NCBI GenBank assembly: GCA_965113315.1 | Contig: OZ220373.1 | DNA from: Podarcis vaucheri | Lineage: Eukaryota | Reading direction: 5' to 3' (one strand) | DNA: 64,000 nt | Shown: positions 12,761-25,219 of the stretch, one piece after another | Layout: every line of letters begins with the position of its first letter | How positions within the stretch are numbered: the stretch's first letter is position 1 | Notes under the pieces: model-generated | The model's database searches: none | Seen by the model: only the letters and a program-made list of their open reading frames with translations | What the model was told of the DNA's origin: nothing | Translations under genes and position numbers: made by a program

Positions 12761-12897
12761 CTTTTCCGCAAGCCGAGCACTGGTTGGGTTCGTCTCCACT
12801 GCATTCCGTGCAGGTCTGATGGCATGAATGACACTGACTTTCAAATTCATATTTCCCTTTAGGGCACTGAAGAACACAGCGCCCATCATTCAAAGAA
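12761..12897 (-). CDS. PCSK5: PCSK5 isoform B exon (Cys-rich)
   Basis: SLNDGRCVLQCPKGKYEFESQCHSCHQTCTECSGDEPNQCSACGK(D). Bounded by gtaacag/ and /gtaagg, 137 nt. Confidence 0.93.
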
Positions 12898-13707
12898 CTG
12901 TTACAAAAGAAAAGGGGGAAGTTTAATACAAGAATCAAAGAATAGAAGAATACTTTCCTTTTAAAAAACAAGCTCAAACAGATTCTGAGAACTGCTTCCA
13001 TGTTCGGTTATATTCCTTATATTCTTTGCACTTTGTTCTCCTATCAGCGTGAAACGTATTTATGACATGTGGCAAGATAAAGAGTAAGGTCAACTAAGCT
13101 GTGAACTTTGACTTTATTTTGCCACCTGGAGCCAGATTTTCACAGACCATCCTCATTGATCTCATGTTCCTTTGTCTCCACATCTTCGTCACTGAAGTAT
13201 TCCAAGATCCTACCAATTATTATTTTTTTTGAAGAATCAATCACTTTTCATGTTCACACACACTCTCTCTGCTTTAGCTCATCTATTGTAATTTTTACTC
13301 AATTTTGTTTGTTACGTGACCTCCAGGAATCCTAGTGGGTTTTTGTGGGTTTTTTTTTTTTTTTTTAAAGAGTCAACAGTTGATGCTTTTTATGAAGGAT
13401 GTGTTTGTTTTGGCAGATGGATAGTTTAAGTTGCTTGAAGGATGCAAATGACTAGGTCCTTCAAATATGGGCCTCATATCAATCTCTTTGTTTTTAATTA
13501 CTGTATTTCACTCAACACTGATATGGGAAAGCTGTATTCTGGATGAGATGATGCAGTTTCACCAGTGCATGAGACAGAAATGTGGAAGTCTTCCTGCTCC
13601 CTGATCTTGTGTGTTACCTAAAGGCAATGAGGAGAATGTTGTACCACAGCTTTTATTCAGGGGGACTTACCACAGCCCAAAGCTGTAGTATCTCCAGGGC
13701 CTTAGAG

Positions 13708-13913
13708 CAGGCATGTCCAACTCCCAAGAGACTGTGATCTACTCACAGTGTAAAAAGACCAGCTGTGATCTACCCATTGTCATTGCCAGGAGTTGTAGAG
13801 CTTTTTTTAGGGGAGGGTTGACCGAAGGCAATCACTACACTTCATTCCGTGATCTACCTGGGACACCCCCGCAATCTACCTGTAGATCACGATCTACCTG
13901 TTGGACATGCCTG
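13708..13913. mobile_element. hAT/Charlie-like MITE
   Basis: 14-bp TIR CAGGCATGTCCAAC/GTTGGACATGCCTG. 8-bp TSD CCTTAGAG / CCTTAGGG. Confidence 0.88.
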
Positions 13914-15675
13914 CCTTAGGGTATCCGGCCTTTGGCAGCTCTTTCCTGGCTCCTTACACTGTTTGTTTTTGTTTTATCTAGTGTTTATTTCTGGATATTA
14001 TTCCTAAACAATTACTGCTTCTTAGGACCTTGTTGAAACCAGATTCTGATTCTGAACATGGATTCAGTTGTCAGATTCCTGATTGTGTTAGGATATTTGC
14101 TGGAAACAGATGGCATAGAATACATCTGTTCTTAGGGTGATATTTTTAAGTTTTATTATGGGAAATCAGTAGCTTATTAAAGAGGTATTGATTTTTCACA
14201 AATGTTCATTGCAATGTCTGTAAAGTGATACTGAGGAAAAGTTGCCCTTTATTTGAAATAGCAGGCTAAAGTGCCTGATAGTTGTTTGTGTGCTTCTGAA
14301 GAGAAAACCATTTCAATTAGCAAACATGAGTTTTTACTTGTGAGAACCTTGATTCATAAGGAGATACCTTAGTCTGCAGTTGCTGTTAATTCTGAGTAGG
14401 GTCACGCTAGTGCTTTTTTTCTAGAAGAATAAGTGCTGGTACTCACCATGAAGTTGTTGCAAAAATGACACTTTCTAACAACAACAAAAGAGGTGCTGGT
14501 ACTGCGTACCCTTGAGTACCCCATTTTTTTAAAAAAAAACCACTGGCCATACCCACACTATCCATTCAAAGCCCTCTTATACGACTTTGCTTCCCTCAAA
14601 GAACCCTGGGAACTGTAGTTTGTTGAGAGTGCCAAGAATTGTTAGGGGATCCCTATTCCCCCCACAGAGCTTCAATTCCCAGTACCCAAAGTGAACTATT
14701 AGGTTTCTTTGAGAGAAGCCATGACTATTAAAGTGGTATAAGAGTGCTTTCAACGGATGGTGTGGAAGTGACCCGAATCTATTTGCAAGGAAGCATGCTA
14801 GTTTATTATTAGTCCCTTGCTCTGAATGACACTCAGTAGAGGCTTAGCTGCAAATAAATAAAACAATAAAAATAGACTGCAGTGCTGACATAGCTTTAGA
14901 AACAGATAGCATAGTCTCAACTTGTGGGTAGTTACAGACGCTTATTCCCCACTAGTGGACTCAGTAAGCTGCTGAATTTGTCATCTGAATGAGATCTGGA
15001 CATCAAGAAGGAAATAGTATTCCAAAGTGTTGCTGTATTATTGCCTAGATTGCCTCCATTCATTAAACATAAGATTCAGAGGAAAGTTTTGGGATGTGAG
15101 TGGTAGAGTGATGATGACCTGTTTCTGAGATATCACGAGGCACTTCAGAATGATTTTTACCAACAAAATCTGGGGGTGTTGACCACACTGTACTATACTG
15201 TGTGTTTGCAGCTGCTGCATTTCCCTTTAATTGGTCCTCATGAGGTTACCCTGAAACAACACCAGTCTTAATGCTTTCCCTTTGTAAATTTAGGTGTATT
15301 TGATTTGTGGACAATCCAAAAAAAATTGGGGAAAACCGGGTTCCACATCACTCTACTCGGTCTCAGGTGATTTGTTTTCCATGTTTTGAGGTGGATGGAT
15401 CAATGGTCACTTTCTGCTACTCCCCTTTCATTGCCCACTATGTCATATTCGCCAACATTTCTCCAGTGAAAACAGGAATGCCCAATTCCATAATAAGAAC
15501 AATTTTATCATTTATACCCCACCCATCTGACTGGGTTTCCCCAGCCACTTCCAAAATATATATAAACATAATAAAATATTAAACATTTAAAAACTTCTGT
15601 ATATAGGGCTGCCTTCAGATATCTTCTAAAGGTTGTATAGTTACTTATCTCCTTGCATTGGGAGTCACATAGCCC

Positions 15676-16091
15676 CATAACCTCCAACATTTCTCTGATG
15701 AAAATAGGGGCATCCTAAGGAAGAACAGAAGGACAGATCATGAAGCTGAGGCTCCAAGACTTTGGCCATCTCATGAGAAGAAAAGACTCCCTGGAAAAGA
15801 CCCTGATGTTGGGAAAGATGGAGGGCACAAGGAGAAGGGGACAACAGAAGACAAGATGGTTGGACAGTGTTCTTGAAGCCACAAACATGAGTCTGACCAA
15901 ACTGCGGGAGGCAGTGGAAGACAGGAGTGCCTGGTGTGCTCTGGTCCAGGGGGTCACGAAGAGTCGGACACGACTAAACGACTAAACAACAACAAAGGAA
16001 GAGAGGGACATTGTGGGATCAGAACAGAAACTGGGACGGCTTCTGTGAATCTGGGACTGTCCCTGGAAAACAGGGACACTTGGAGGGTCTG
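15676..16091. mobile_element. Non-autonomous TIR element hosting the BovB insertion
   Basis: Imperfect inverted termini CATAACCTCCAA ... TTGGAGGGTCTG. Related left-end motifs at ~4418 and ~15444. Confidence 0.6.
15725..15994 (+). mobile_element. BovB 3' fragment with TSD
   Basis: Homologous to 1983-2250, (CAA)n tail. AAGGAAGA duplicated at 15717-15724 and 15995-16002. Confidence 0.93.
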
Positions 16092-17597
16092 CTATTTCCT
16101 CAGTGCATTCATTTCTTTTCTGACTGTGCTCATAACTATTTTCAGTATGCTCATGAATGGAATGATTTCTCTCCCCCTCCCCCCTCCCCAGAGATTTGCA
16201 CAAATCTTAAAAAGTGCACAAGCAAACTTACAATTGCCTGACTATGTGCTTCTGCCCACTTCAAGGACAGGTAATTTAAAAACAAAAGAAAAAAAGCATT
16301 GAGGGTTGGTGCGCAGCTCTCTGCATGTATTCCCAGTTGGCATATGAATAGCATAATAAAATCAACAAATTAGAAGACAGGGGCAAACGCAGGGCATGCC
16401 TACTGCTATGAACAGGAAAGACTGTAGTTGCTCCTTATATACAGATTCAAATACATGGTGGTGTAGACTACTCTGATCAAATTTGAAGGGTGCGGGAAGT
16501 AGATAAACAGCCAAACAATGCTCAAATTTGGACAAACTATAAATGTAAAAATGTCTTCATTATCTTTTTTTTATCAGTGCAGATCTTTATCCTGAATTCT
16601 TCACAGCTTTTCTGATAAATTATACTACAGAATAGATTATTCATCTTTTAACCGAAACAGGTAGGGCTTGATGCAAATAGTAATAGTAAAATAGTAATAT
16701 ATAAAAAAGGGGGATGGGTATGATAGCAGAGCAACTGGTAATTTTCATGATGCATCAAGAAGCAGGAGCTTAGTCATTCTTTTTTAAAAATAGGGAAATA
16801 TCCTGACAGCCGATGCAAACAACAGAAGACACTAGTTGTGTAATGTTACCTAAAGGAATTTTTTCACAAGATTTTTCAGTTCGGGAAGACCCACAAGACT
16901 TGTTTCATACTTTGTGGAAGCAAAAGAAAACCTCAAGGTAGGAACTCATCTCCACTGAGTGTCAGGTGGCATTATTGAAGTGTCATTCATTACTTGGTTT
17001 GGTCCAAGCTATTAAAAGGCCATAAAGCACCAGAGGACCCAGGAGATTCTGAGAGTGGAGAGGGCCAGCTGCCAATAAATTAAAAATAGCATGCTTCAAA
17101 GCATTTTTCTTCTATTAGCCTCGTGACTTATTCCTATATGCAGTACAATCATTTATGTTTCACTTTATTTTGCTTCTCATGATTTCTTATTGCATTTTCT
17201 ATAACCTTAAAAGCACCTAGAGTGCATTAGAGACATCTAAAAAGTTAAAAATAAAGGAAACCCTAGTAAGAGGAGAGAGAGAGAGAGAGAGATGTAAGAA
17301 CTCAGGTGAAGTGGTCATCTGGTCATCCCAGATTTTGTGGGCATTGTCAAGGAGGATGGGAGTCGTGGTCTAGCAACTTCTGAAGGCTCCCCACTCCTGA
17401 AATAGGTATTTTGTTAGACTGTGTGGATCATTCCAGACTTGGATACGTAAAACATGTTACTGTTTCATCATTGTTTCATTGGCTTTTTCTTCAACTTACA
17501 GAGCAGCTTGGACTGTAATGCGCTAGAGACATGGACCATGCTGCAAGTTTCAGGGAGCTACAGACCCCCCCCCCACTAATGAAGAATAATCACGTAC

Positions 17598-17694
17598 CTT
17601 GTACAGCCAGTGCAGTTCTCTGACGTTGGTTCTGGGCACTTAGAACAGGAATCATCACAGACCTGACAGTGACCAAGAGGGTCGATATTTCCCC
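17598..17694 (-). CDS. PCSK5: PCSK5 isoform B first specific exon (Cys-rich)
   Basis: (G)GNIDPLGHCQVCDDSCSKCPEPTSENCTGCT(S). Bounded by tgtcag/ and /gtacgt, 97 nt. Phase 1 start joins the exon ending at 34082. Confidence 0.9.
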
Positions 17695-18999
17695 CTGACA
17701 AATAAGAGCTTATTTATTACTTAATTTCTGTTATATGTTTCAGACAAAGCCTTTTGCACAAGAAGGCATCATAATACCAGATGAAGAAAGCACCTTGTCA
17801 ATTTTGTGGGTGTCCAAGCTCCTGTTCCTAAGCTGCAAGCCTCGAACAAAGCAAGCCTTGAACAGTCCAAGCTTGTTACAGGAACAGCTCTTATATTTAC
17901 CTATGAAGGAGACGATCTAACTCCTCCTTTCACATACTACTCTGGAAAGGCAGAAAGAGGTTCTGTAACTCATTCTTCTCAGCTGATGGTAACATGTGAA
18001 AACACCCTTAGTGGGTGATTCCTGCAAACAAGTTGTTGAGATATTGCACTGGGGATGTTGGCAACAGTGTCTTTTTTAAAAATAGCAGATTTTTCCTGGA
18101 AGTGGTAGATCCAATTTAAATTGTAGAGGTGGTGTGGGGATTTTGGCCGGCATTTTGATGCCAATAATATCTTGTGGATGATGCAAAGAACTTTAATACA
18201 CAAGGAGCATTGATATCACAATAAACAACCATTTTGGAAAGCACTCAATATCTTGGAATGGACAGTGCTTAATTGTCTTTTTTAAAAACATGGATTGGTA
18301 AAAGAAAAGCTAACACGTAGGGCATTGCACAGCCAAGACTGGTCAATCATAGATTTTGTAAAAGCAAATAAGAATTCAAAAAGGGTGACCTACAGTTTGG
18401 AGAAACTCTTTAAATGCTTATTAATGTGAGCTGAAAAACAAAACAAAATAGGTAATATCATGTGATGTGGCAGCCACAAAATAGCTAGTAGAATGAGGGA
18501 AATACCACCAGTTTAAAGGTACTTGTATTAACATAGGTGCAGGGTGTCTTAGGGGCCACCTAAATTCTTATATCGCAGCTCGGTCACAGAAATAATGTGT
18601 GGGAGCCCCATCCTGTGGAATGTGTTGCCAGTGGGGATTTGGGAGGTGCCTGCTGCTTTAATATTTAGAAGTCTCTGAAAACTTTTCTATGCCCCAAGCT
18701 TTTGCAGGCAATTAAGGAAATATCTATCTGTAATATCTGATCTCTGATTTAAAATTTTACATGCCTTTTTTGTATGTTTGTTGTAAACTGCTTTGATTAA
18801 AAAAAATGAATAGTGGTATACATTTAATTTTTAAAAAAATATCTAAAGATTTGTGAGTGGACCGAAGGTGAGAAGCACAGGTGGACAGAGATAGCACACA
18901 AGAAGTAGGAAAACGTGTTTCTTTTGTGTAAAAGCAGGACATGGTGCACAGAACACCAAGCACACAAGTTTCAAAAGCTGAGTGCGGAGATGAAATATA

Positions 19000-19471
19000 C
19001 CGTATTTTTCGCCCTATAGGACGCACTTTTTCCCCTCCAAAAATGAAGGGGAAATGTGTGTGCGTCCTATGGTGCGCACTGACCCCTCTCGCTCTCCAGG
19101 CTTCAGGAAGCTCTGCACAACCCTTGGGAGACCGGCGCCACTTCGCACCCGCCTCCCGAGGGTTGCGCAGAGCTGCCTGCAGTCCCAGGGCGAGCGCAGC
19201 TCTGCGCAGCCATCCGGAGCCGGGCGCCCACCTCCCAATGGCTGCGCAGAGCTGCCCGCATTCCGAAGCCTGGGGAGACCGGCGCGACTTACCGTTGGCC
19301 TCCCTAGGCTTGCGATAGCAGGCTGTTCTCGGGGCTGGGATTGGGGGAAGCTCGGGCTTCCCCCGCGCCAGCCCCGCGCCTGGGGGAGAAATAATTTTTT
19401 TCTTTATCCCCCCCCAAAAAAACCTAGGTGCGTCCTATGGGGCGGTGCGCCCTATGGGGCGAAAAATACGG
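19000..19471. mobile_element. Tc1/pogo (Tigger-like) MITE
   Basis: TA|CCGTATTTTTCGCCC ... GGGCGAAAAATACGG|TA. CpG-rich interior. Confidence 0.92.
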
Positions 19472-22400
19472 TAGTCTGTATATAGAAGAATTTGGAAATG
19501 GGGGTCTTTCAAAATGTGGTTTGGGTTGGGATAAAAAGGGAATAGAATAAATTTTGGACATAATTTGTTCTGCTCAGCATAAATAAGCATGGTAGATAGC
19601 TAAAGCTCTGAGAGATAGAGAAATGACACATCTCTGGAGGAATTCAGCCTGCAGAGTTGGCTCTAAACTCATTTGGAATTCTCTATAACAAATGAACTGT
19701 TTTGCACCAAGGGATTTGCAAACATACACGGATTTCCAGGAATCATTAGCACATTTGTGTCTGGCAGGGAGTGAAAATGCTGAGCCTTTCCACCTTACTT
19801 TTTTGTCTACAAGAAATATTTTTAAAATTATATTTTACTCACTTGTCCTGTGCACATAGCAAATACAAAAGTATTAATGAAGAAATCCACATTTTTATCC
19901 GATTTATATCTGGTTTAGTAACACTTGTGACACAGCAAGTAGCATTTCTCCATTTCCAAGACCAGGATATCTCTCAGGGAAGAAGGGAAGGCAGGTGGGG
20001 CCTCCCTGACAATGAATGAATTCAGTATATTGGACAGAATGTTCTTAGTGTATTATGCTTGCTTAATATTTGGCTGCTGCTGTTAAATGGTTTTCATTGT
20101 ATCTTGAATTCCATATACAAATATGGGTTATGTTTAACTATATGCATAACGCTGTTCTGACTTTCAGCAGATTAGTGAGACAGATTTTCCTTTACAGCAC
20201 CTGGGGCTGAGATGTAATGGTCCCAGGCCAATAACTATGGTTTATCTGCCTGTGAACAAGCTGTGTCCTTGTGTATTCCCTCCTTGCAGTGATATTGAAA
20301 CCAGTTTCCTCCTGCAAACTGGAAAACTGTGGTTTAATCACAGATTACTAACCAGGATATGAAACCAGGGTTGTTAGCATCGAAACCAGGGTGTGCCAAG
20401 AGAAGAAAGAGAGGGGAGCATAAGGCTAGTCACCGAGCTGATAAGCTGTGAATATAAAGATTACAGCTCCTGTGAAAGAACCCAAGTAAATGAGGACATG
20501 AAATGGAAGAAAGACTGGTTTTCTGATAGTGGTTTTCTCTCCAAAACCTGCATTACCCAAAGTAACTACCCAAAATACAGTTTAATATTTATGTGATCCA
20601 TATTTATGGGAAAACAATATAGAGAATTATATCAACACAAATTATCTTTCAGGGAAATATGAAACACAAATAGACATTTTTTCCAGTATAAACCATATAT
20701 ATTACAGGATATAACAAATTTCCTCCAGACGTAGACCTGGTTTTTGTGCCTCTGATCCACAGAAAAAATGAAGCACCTAGTACACTACTGGGTGCTGTAA
20801 GGGAGTAATTATGCAACAATTCAATACACAGGATTTCCACAGAGCAATAAAAGCTGATGGCAATACAGTGGAAAGAAATGTTTCACTGAAAAGTTCTGTG
20901 GGTGTTCCTGTGGACTTTGATCTCCTGATTTCCCCTGGGCTATAGAATCTGTCGATATACTATTAGCCTTGTATTAAATCATTCTTTGACCATTCCTGCT
21001 GCTCTCTTTGTACAATGTCTGCTGTACTGTGTAAGTTCCCCCACCTTCAGCCTCTGTCAGATTGGCTGCATTTGGCATTATGGTAGACAATGCCCATATT
21101 TCTAAAATACTGTTAAAAAAATCAATGGAATCATAATCTTTAAGTCATGTTCCCCACAAGAATTGACACACTGCTTCTGCCTTTCAAGTTCTAAGCCCCC
21201 AAGTGGAAATCTGGAATATATAAAGATCATAATTAAGCAGCTGCTCACTCATCTCCTTATTTCATATCTTTGTGGGGAAATGCATTTTGGGGACCTCGCC
21301 CAGAATTTAACTTCCTCCAAACACCTCTGATTAGATAGAGAACAGTTTGCAAATGGACACATTATGGGACCGTTCCCACATCCACGTCATGTGCAGAGAT
21401 GGGTTTGCCCACTTCATTCTCCCTGATGGGCTCTCTGATCATCAATGCTTGACTAACAGAAGCAGGGGCAGCCCCCTACCTTTTGTAAAACTATTTTTAG
21501 AAGGCTATTTTGGGTATGATTTGTCAATATTTGGTGAGAATCAGGAAGTGGGTGGGCCATGTTGATTTCATTCACCATTCTGAAAATTGTGGCCGCCCTT
21601 CCTTTGGCTAACAATATCTTGAAGCAGAGGGAAGAGACTATCACAAATTCATCTGGAGGGGGGGAATAATTTTTTCTAGTTATTTTTCCAACTACTGAAA
21701 ACTGACAATAATGAATAAAATGCAGTGGCATGGTGAATTGCTGGTACTTTCAGTAATGGTAGACTTCACTGTTTGAAATGCATGCACAAATTCTGTGACC
21801 CATAGGGACTGATTCTGGCCTCATTTATTTTTTCATATTAAATCAGTACTGGCTCTGCCACACCATTCCTCTGTCTTTGTTCCACTGCTTCTGGGTGCTG
21901 AGATCAGTTGCAGAAACACCGAGGTGGTGGTGGTGGTGGTGGTGTGGTGTTAGCCATGCAAGGCCTGAAGGTGAAGGTATTCTGCTCTAGCTGGGTAGCA
22001 ATGGCAGAAGTGAGCCAGGAGTCCAGAATAGTGCAGGGAGCCCATGCTTCCAGCCACCACCACTGCTTCTGCCATCCCCCCCATGGAGTACCATGGGGTT
22101 GAGTCTCCACCTGTGCTTCTCTGGGTGAGTAGACCAGACAGAGGAATGGCCAGAAATGGAAAGGAAGCATTACTGCCTGCACCACTCTGGGCTTCTTAGC
22201 AAGTCACTTTGAAAATATCCTTCACCAGAGGGCACCCTAAGGGCACTTTCTTGCTTAGGGCGCCCTCACAAGGAGCAGCTCCTGGTGGGCAAGGTTGCCG
22301 CCTCTTTCTCTTCTGTGAAGCTCAAAATGGCTCCCCCCCCCCATATTGACGGGGTAAGAATACAGGAAAGGGATGGCAACTCCATCTCTCCTGCATCCAC

Positions 22401-24639
22401 TGCCCTCACATGGGTAACTTTACAGCTTAGGCAGTGATATTGAGCTGGGAAATCCCTCGCTGGATTTGCAGTTGACCAGGCTACTTTAGACATTTTGTTT
22501 ATCAATTTAGTCTCAGCAGTGAAAGGTTGCCTTTCACTGTAATGCCCTCCTGAGGCAGTTCACATACCTGATTAAAAATATAAACTACAATTGAAATTAA
22601 TTTTTCATGAAGGGAAGAATTATGGAACATTTTCTAATGCAGGCTTATTTCTGACTAGGGCTGATTTGTAGTCCATCCAGAGGGAAGCAGGTTGGTGAAG
22701 GCTGTTCTAATGTGTCGCTTGAGGTCAATGAAGATCAAAGTACAGCTTAAATTCAATGGATTTTGCTTCCTAGGAAATATGCTTAGGAATGCAGCTTTAG
22801 TTTAGAAATTTGCATCTTCACAAAGCTTTGCACATATTAGTGTTTGGAAAGGAGTCAGGTGCCTAGCCTTTTAGTTGGCTTAAGCAGCGGCTTCTCTGCT
22901 ATTGAATTGTCTGCATGGAAATTGGTAACCTGCTGAAGGTAGTTTCCATGTTGCATGTTAATGATGGAGGAGCACTTCTATCAGTCATTATAATATGGGG
23001 AGGATTGTTAAAATGTGTTACTGCTTCAGAGAAACACATGTGTTGAAAGTTGTTTATGATACTTTGGATACATTTTTAGTCTATCCAAGTGCAATACTTA
23101 TATTCATAAATCTATATTGTTTTGTGAATCCTCTAATACTAATGGCAGAAATGTGTGGCAGCATGGGAATGTGCATACATATTCAAACTGTGCAGGAAAC
23201 AAAGCTGCAAGCAAGCGAATGCTCACATTACAGCCGCCCTCAAAGAAGGAGTTGTTTGGCTGGAATTAAAACATGTAATCCTTAGATACAGAGAGTGTTC
23301 TCTGTATAGATCAGACTGCGGACTTGAGTTGAAAGACATTTCTGGAGGCAGGAAATTCAAGGCAAGGAGTCCAGAGGCAGAGGAAGGAGATCACAGGGGG
23401 CAAAAAGGCCAAGTGCAGCAGCACAGGTAAAAGAAAAATGAAGAAATGAGGCTCAAGGTGTGGAGGATGTGTTTGATACTGTCAGAACAGTACGGAGGGG
23501 AAGAAATTGGATTCAGTTCACATTCAAAGCAGAATCTATTAAAATCACACTTTCTGAAATAATATGAGAACTGAACCATAGCCACCCTTTGAAATTTACT
23601 CTTGTCCAGACTTTGGGATGCAGCTTAGCTGTGCAACTAACCAGTGTCTATAAAAATGCATATATGGGGGGAAATGTCAATAAAAATAGATTAGTGAAAA
23701 TAGTGTAGAAAATACATTCTATCCTGAAAAAGTACTTGCAAAAATGTGTACATTAGTTAAAAAAAAATTAGTTCATTTGAAGAAATTTGAACTAAAATGC
23801 TGAAGATGTTTCCTGAAAAATGCTGAAGACGTTTCCTGAAAAAATCATAAAACGCTGGAAAAATGAGAAACTGGGCTTTTTCATGATGAAGGGCCAGACG
23901 TAAATTCTCCAGGATACTGCACATTTGTGTGGTCCCGGTCAGCCATAGTTTGGCTTACTGTTACACGTGAACCAGGAACCCAGTGACCTTTGCTCCATAT
24001 TTGTGTATGATTTTGCTGTCCATTGAATATTATTCTAAGGAACCAACATATTTCTCTCCCCCCTCAAAAAGCTCCACATCTCTGGTCAATCCAATGGGTA
24101 GATCACTGCCCGTTTATTTACAGTGGTAGTAGATCGCAGACACCCCTGGCCTATAGGAATAAATGTCCAGCAGTTCAAACTACTTAATAGGCTACCATTA
24201 CTTTAAGTTAGCCATTGCTTACACGCCACTGTGTGGAATAAAATCCAAGCATGATTGCCTCATGGTCATGATGATCATGCTTTTTGTTTCCGCATGCACT
24301 AGAGCACATGTTGGCAACCTGTCACCCCCAGCTGTTCTCCATGTGGCTCACCCTCCTGCCCAGGTTATCAACCAGCAGCCAAGCAGTAGAGAAAACTCAG
24401 CTATTCCCATGTTGCTGGGCTGCAACTTTGGCTTCTTTGGAATTGCTGGTGGGAGGGGAGACTAAAGCCTCCACTCCCCAGTGATCCTATGGCTGGGGAT
24501 AAGATACACATACACATATTACCACAAGGGAGGGGAAAGAATAGAAGGTTGCATATTAGAGAGTGGGGGAATGTTTGGCACACGTGTGTGAGAGAGTGGA
24601 GAAGTCATGCACCTGTGTGAGAGAGTAAATTTGGATGTA

Positions 24640-24880
24640 CAGTCGTACCTTGGTTGTCAAACACCTTGGTACTCGTCCATTTTGGCTTCTGAACGCCACA
24701 AACCCAGAAGTGAGTGTTCCGGTCTGCAAATGTTCTTTGGAACCTGAACGTCCAACGGGGCTTCTGATTGGCTGCAGGAGCTTCCTGCAGCCAATCAGAA
24801 GCCGTGCCTTGATTTCCGAACACTTTGGAAGTCGAACGGACTTCCAGAATGGATTCTGTTCGAATTCCGAGGTACGACTG
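24640..24880. mobile_element. Tc1/mariner-type MITE
   Basis: TA|CAGTCGTACCT ... AGGTACGACTG|TA. Internal palindrome CTTCTGATTGGCTGCAGGA/TCCTGCAGCCAATCAGAAG. Confidence 0.9.
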
Positions 24881-25219
24881 TATATGTAAATGTGTGTGTG
24901 TGTGTTTTATTCAAGTGGTGGAAGAACGAGGGGGGTACCAGGTCTGGCCCCGCCCACAGACACGCAGCTTCCTTGTGCATGTGGTCTTCAGTGCCAAAAA
25001 GGGCTGCTCCTTCCTCTGCTGGGTGAACTGTGTCACTCATTTGGCCCTTTGCATAAAGTGGAGCTAAGCCTCACTTCTCCTCCTGTCCTCTAAAGCGAAT
25101 TGTGTGAAAAATCTGCATCAGCTGAAGAGATGTCCAAGCTGATCGATACCAGGATTCAAAAACACTATCAGATTGTTGCAAACACCAGTATTTTTTCTTT
25201 TTATAGACAAATATATATT

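Noticed and set aside
18941-19485. CpG-island-like patch with 125-143 aa ORFs
   Set aside because: Fully explained by a TIR/TA-bounded MITE, so not a promoter or gene.
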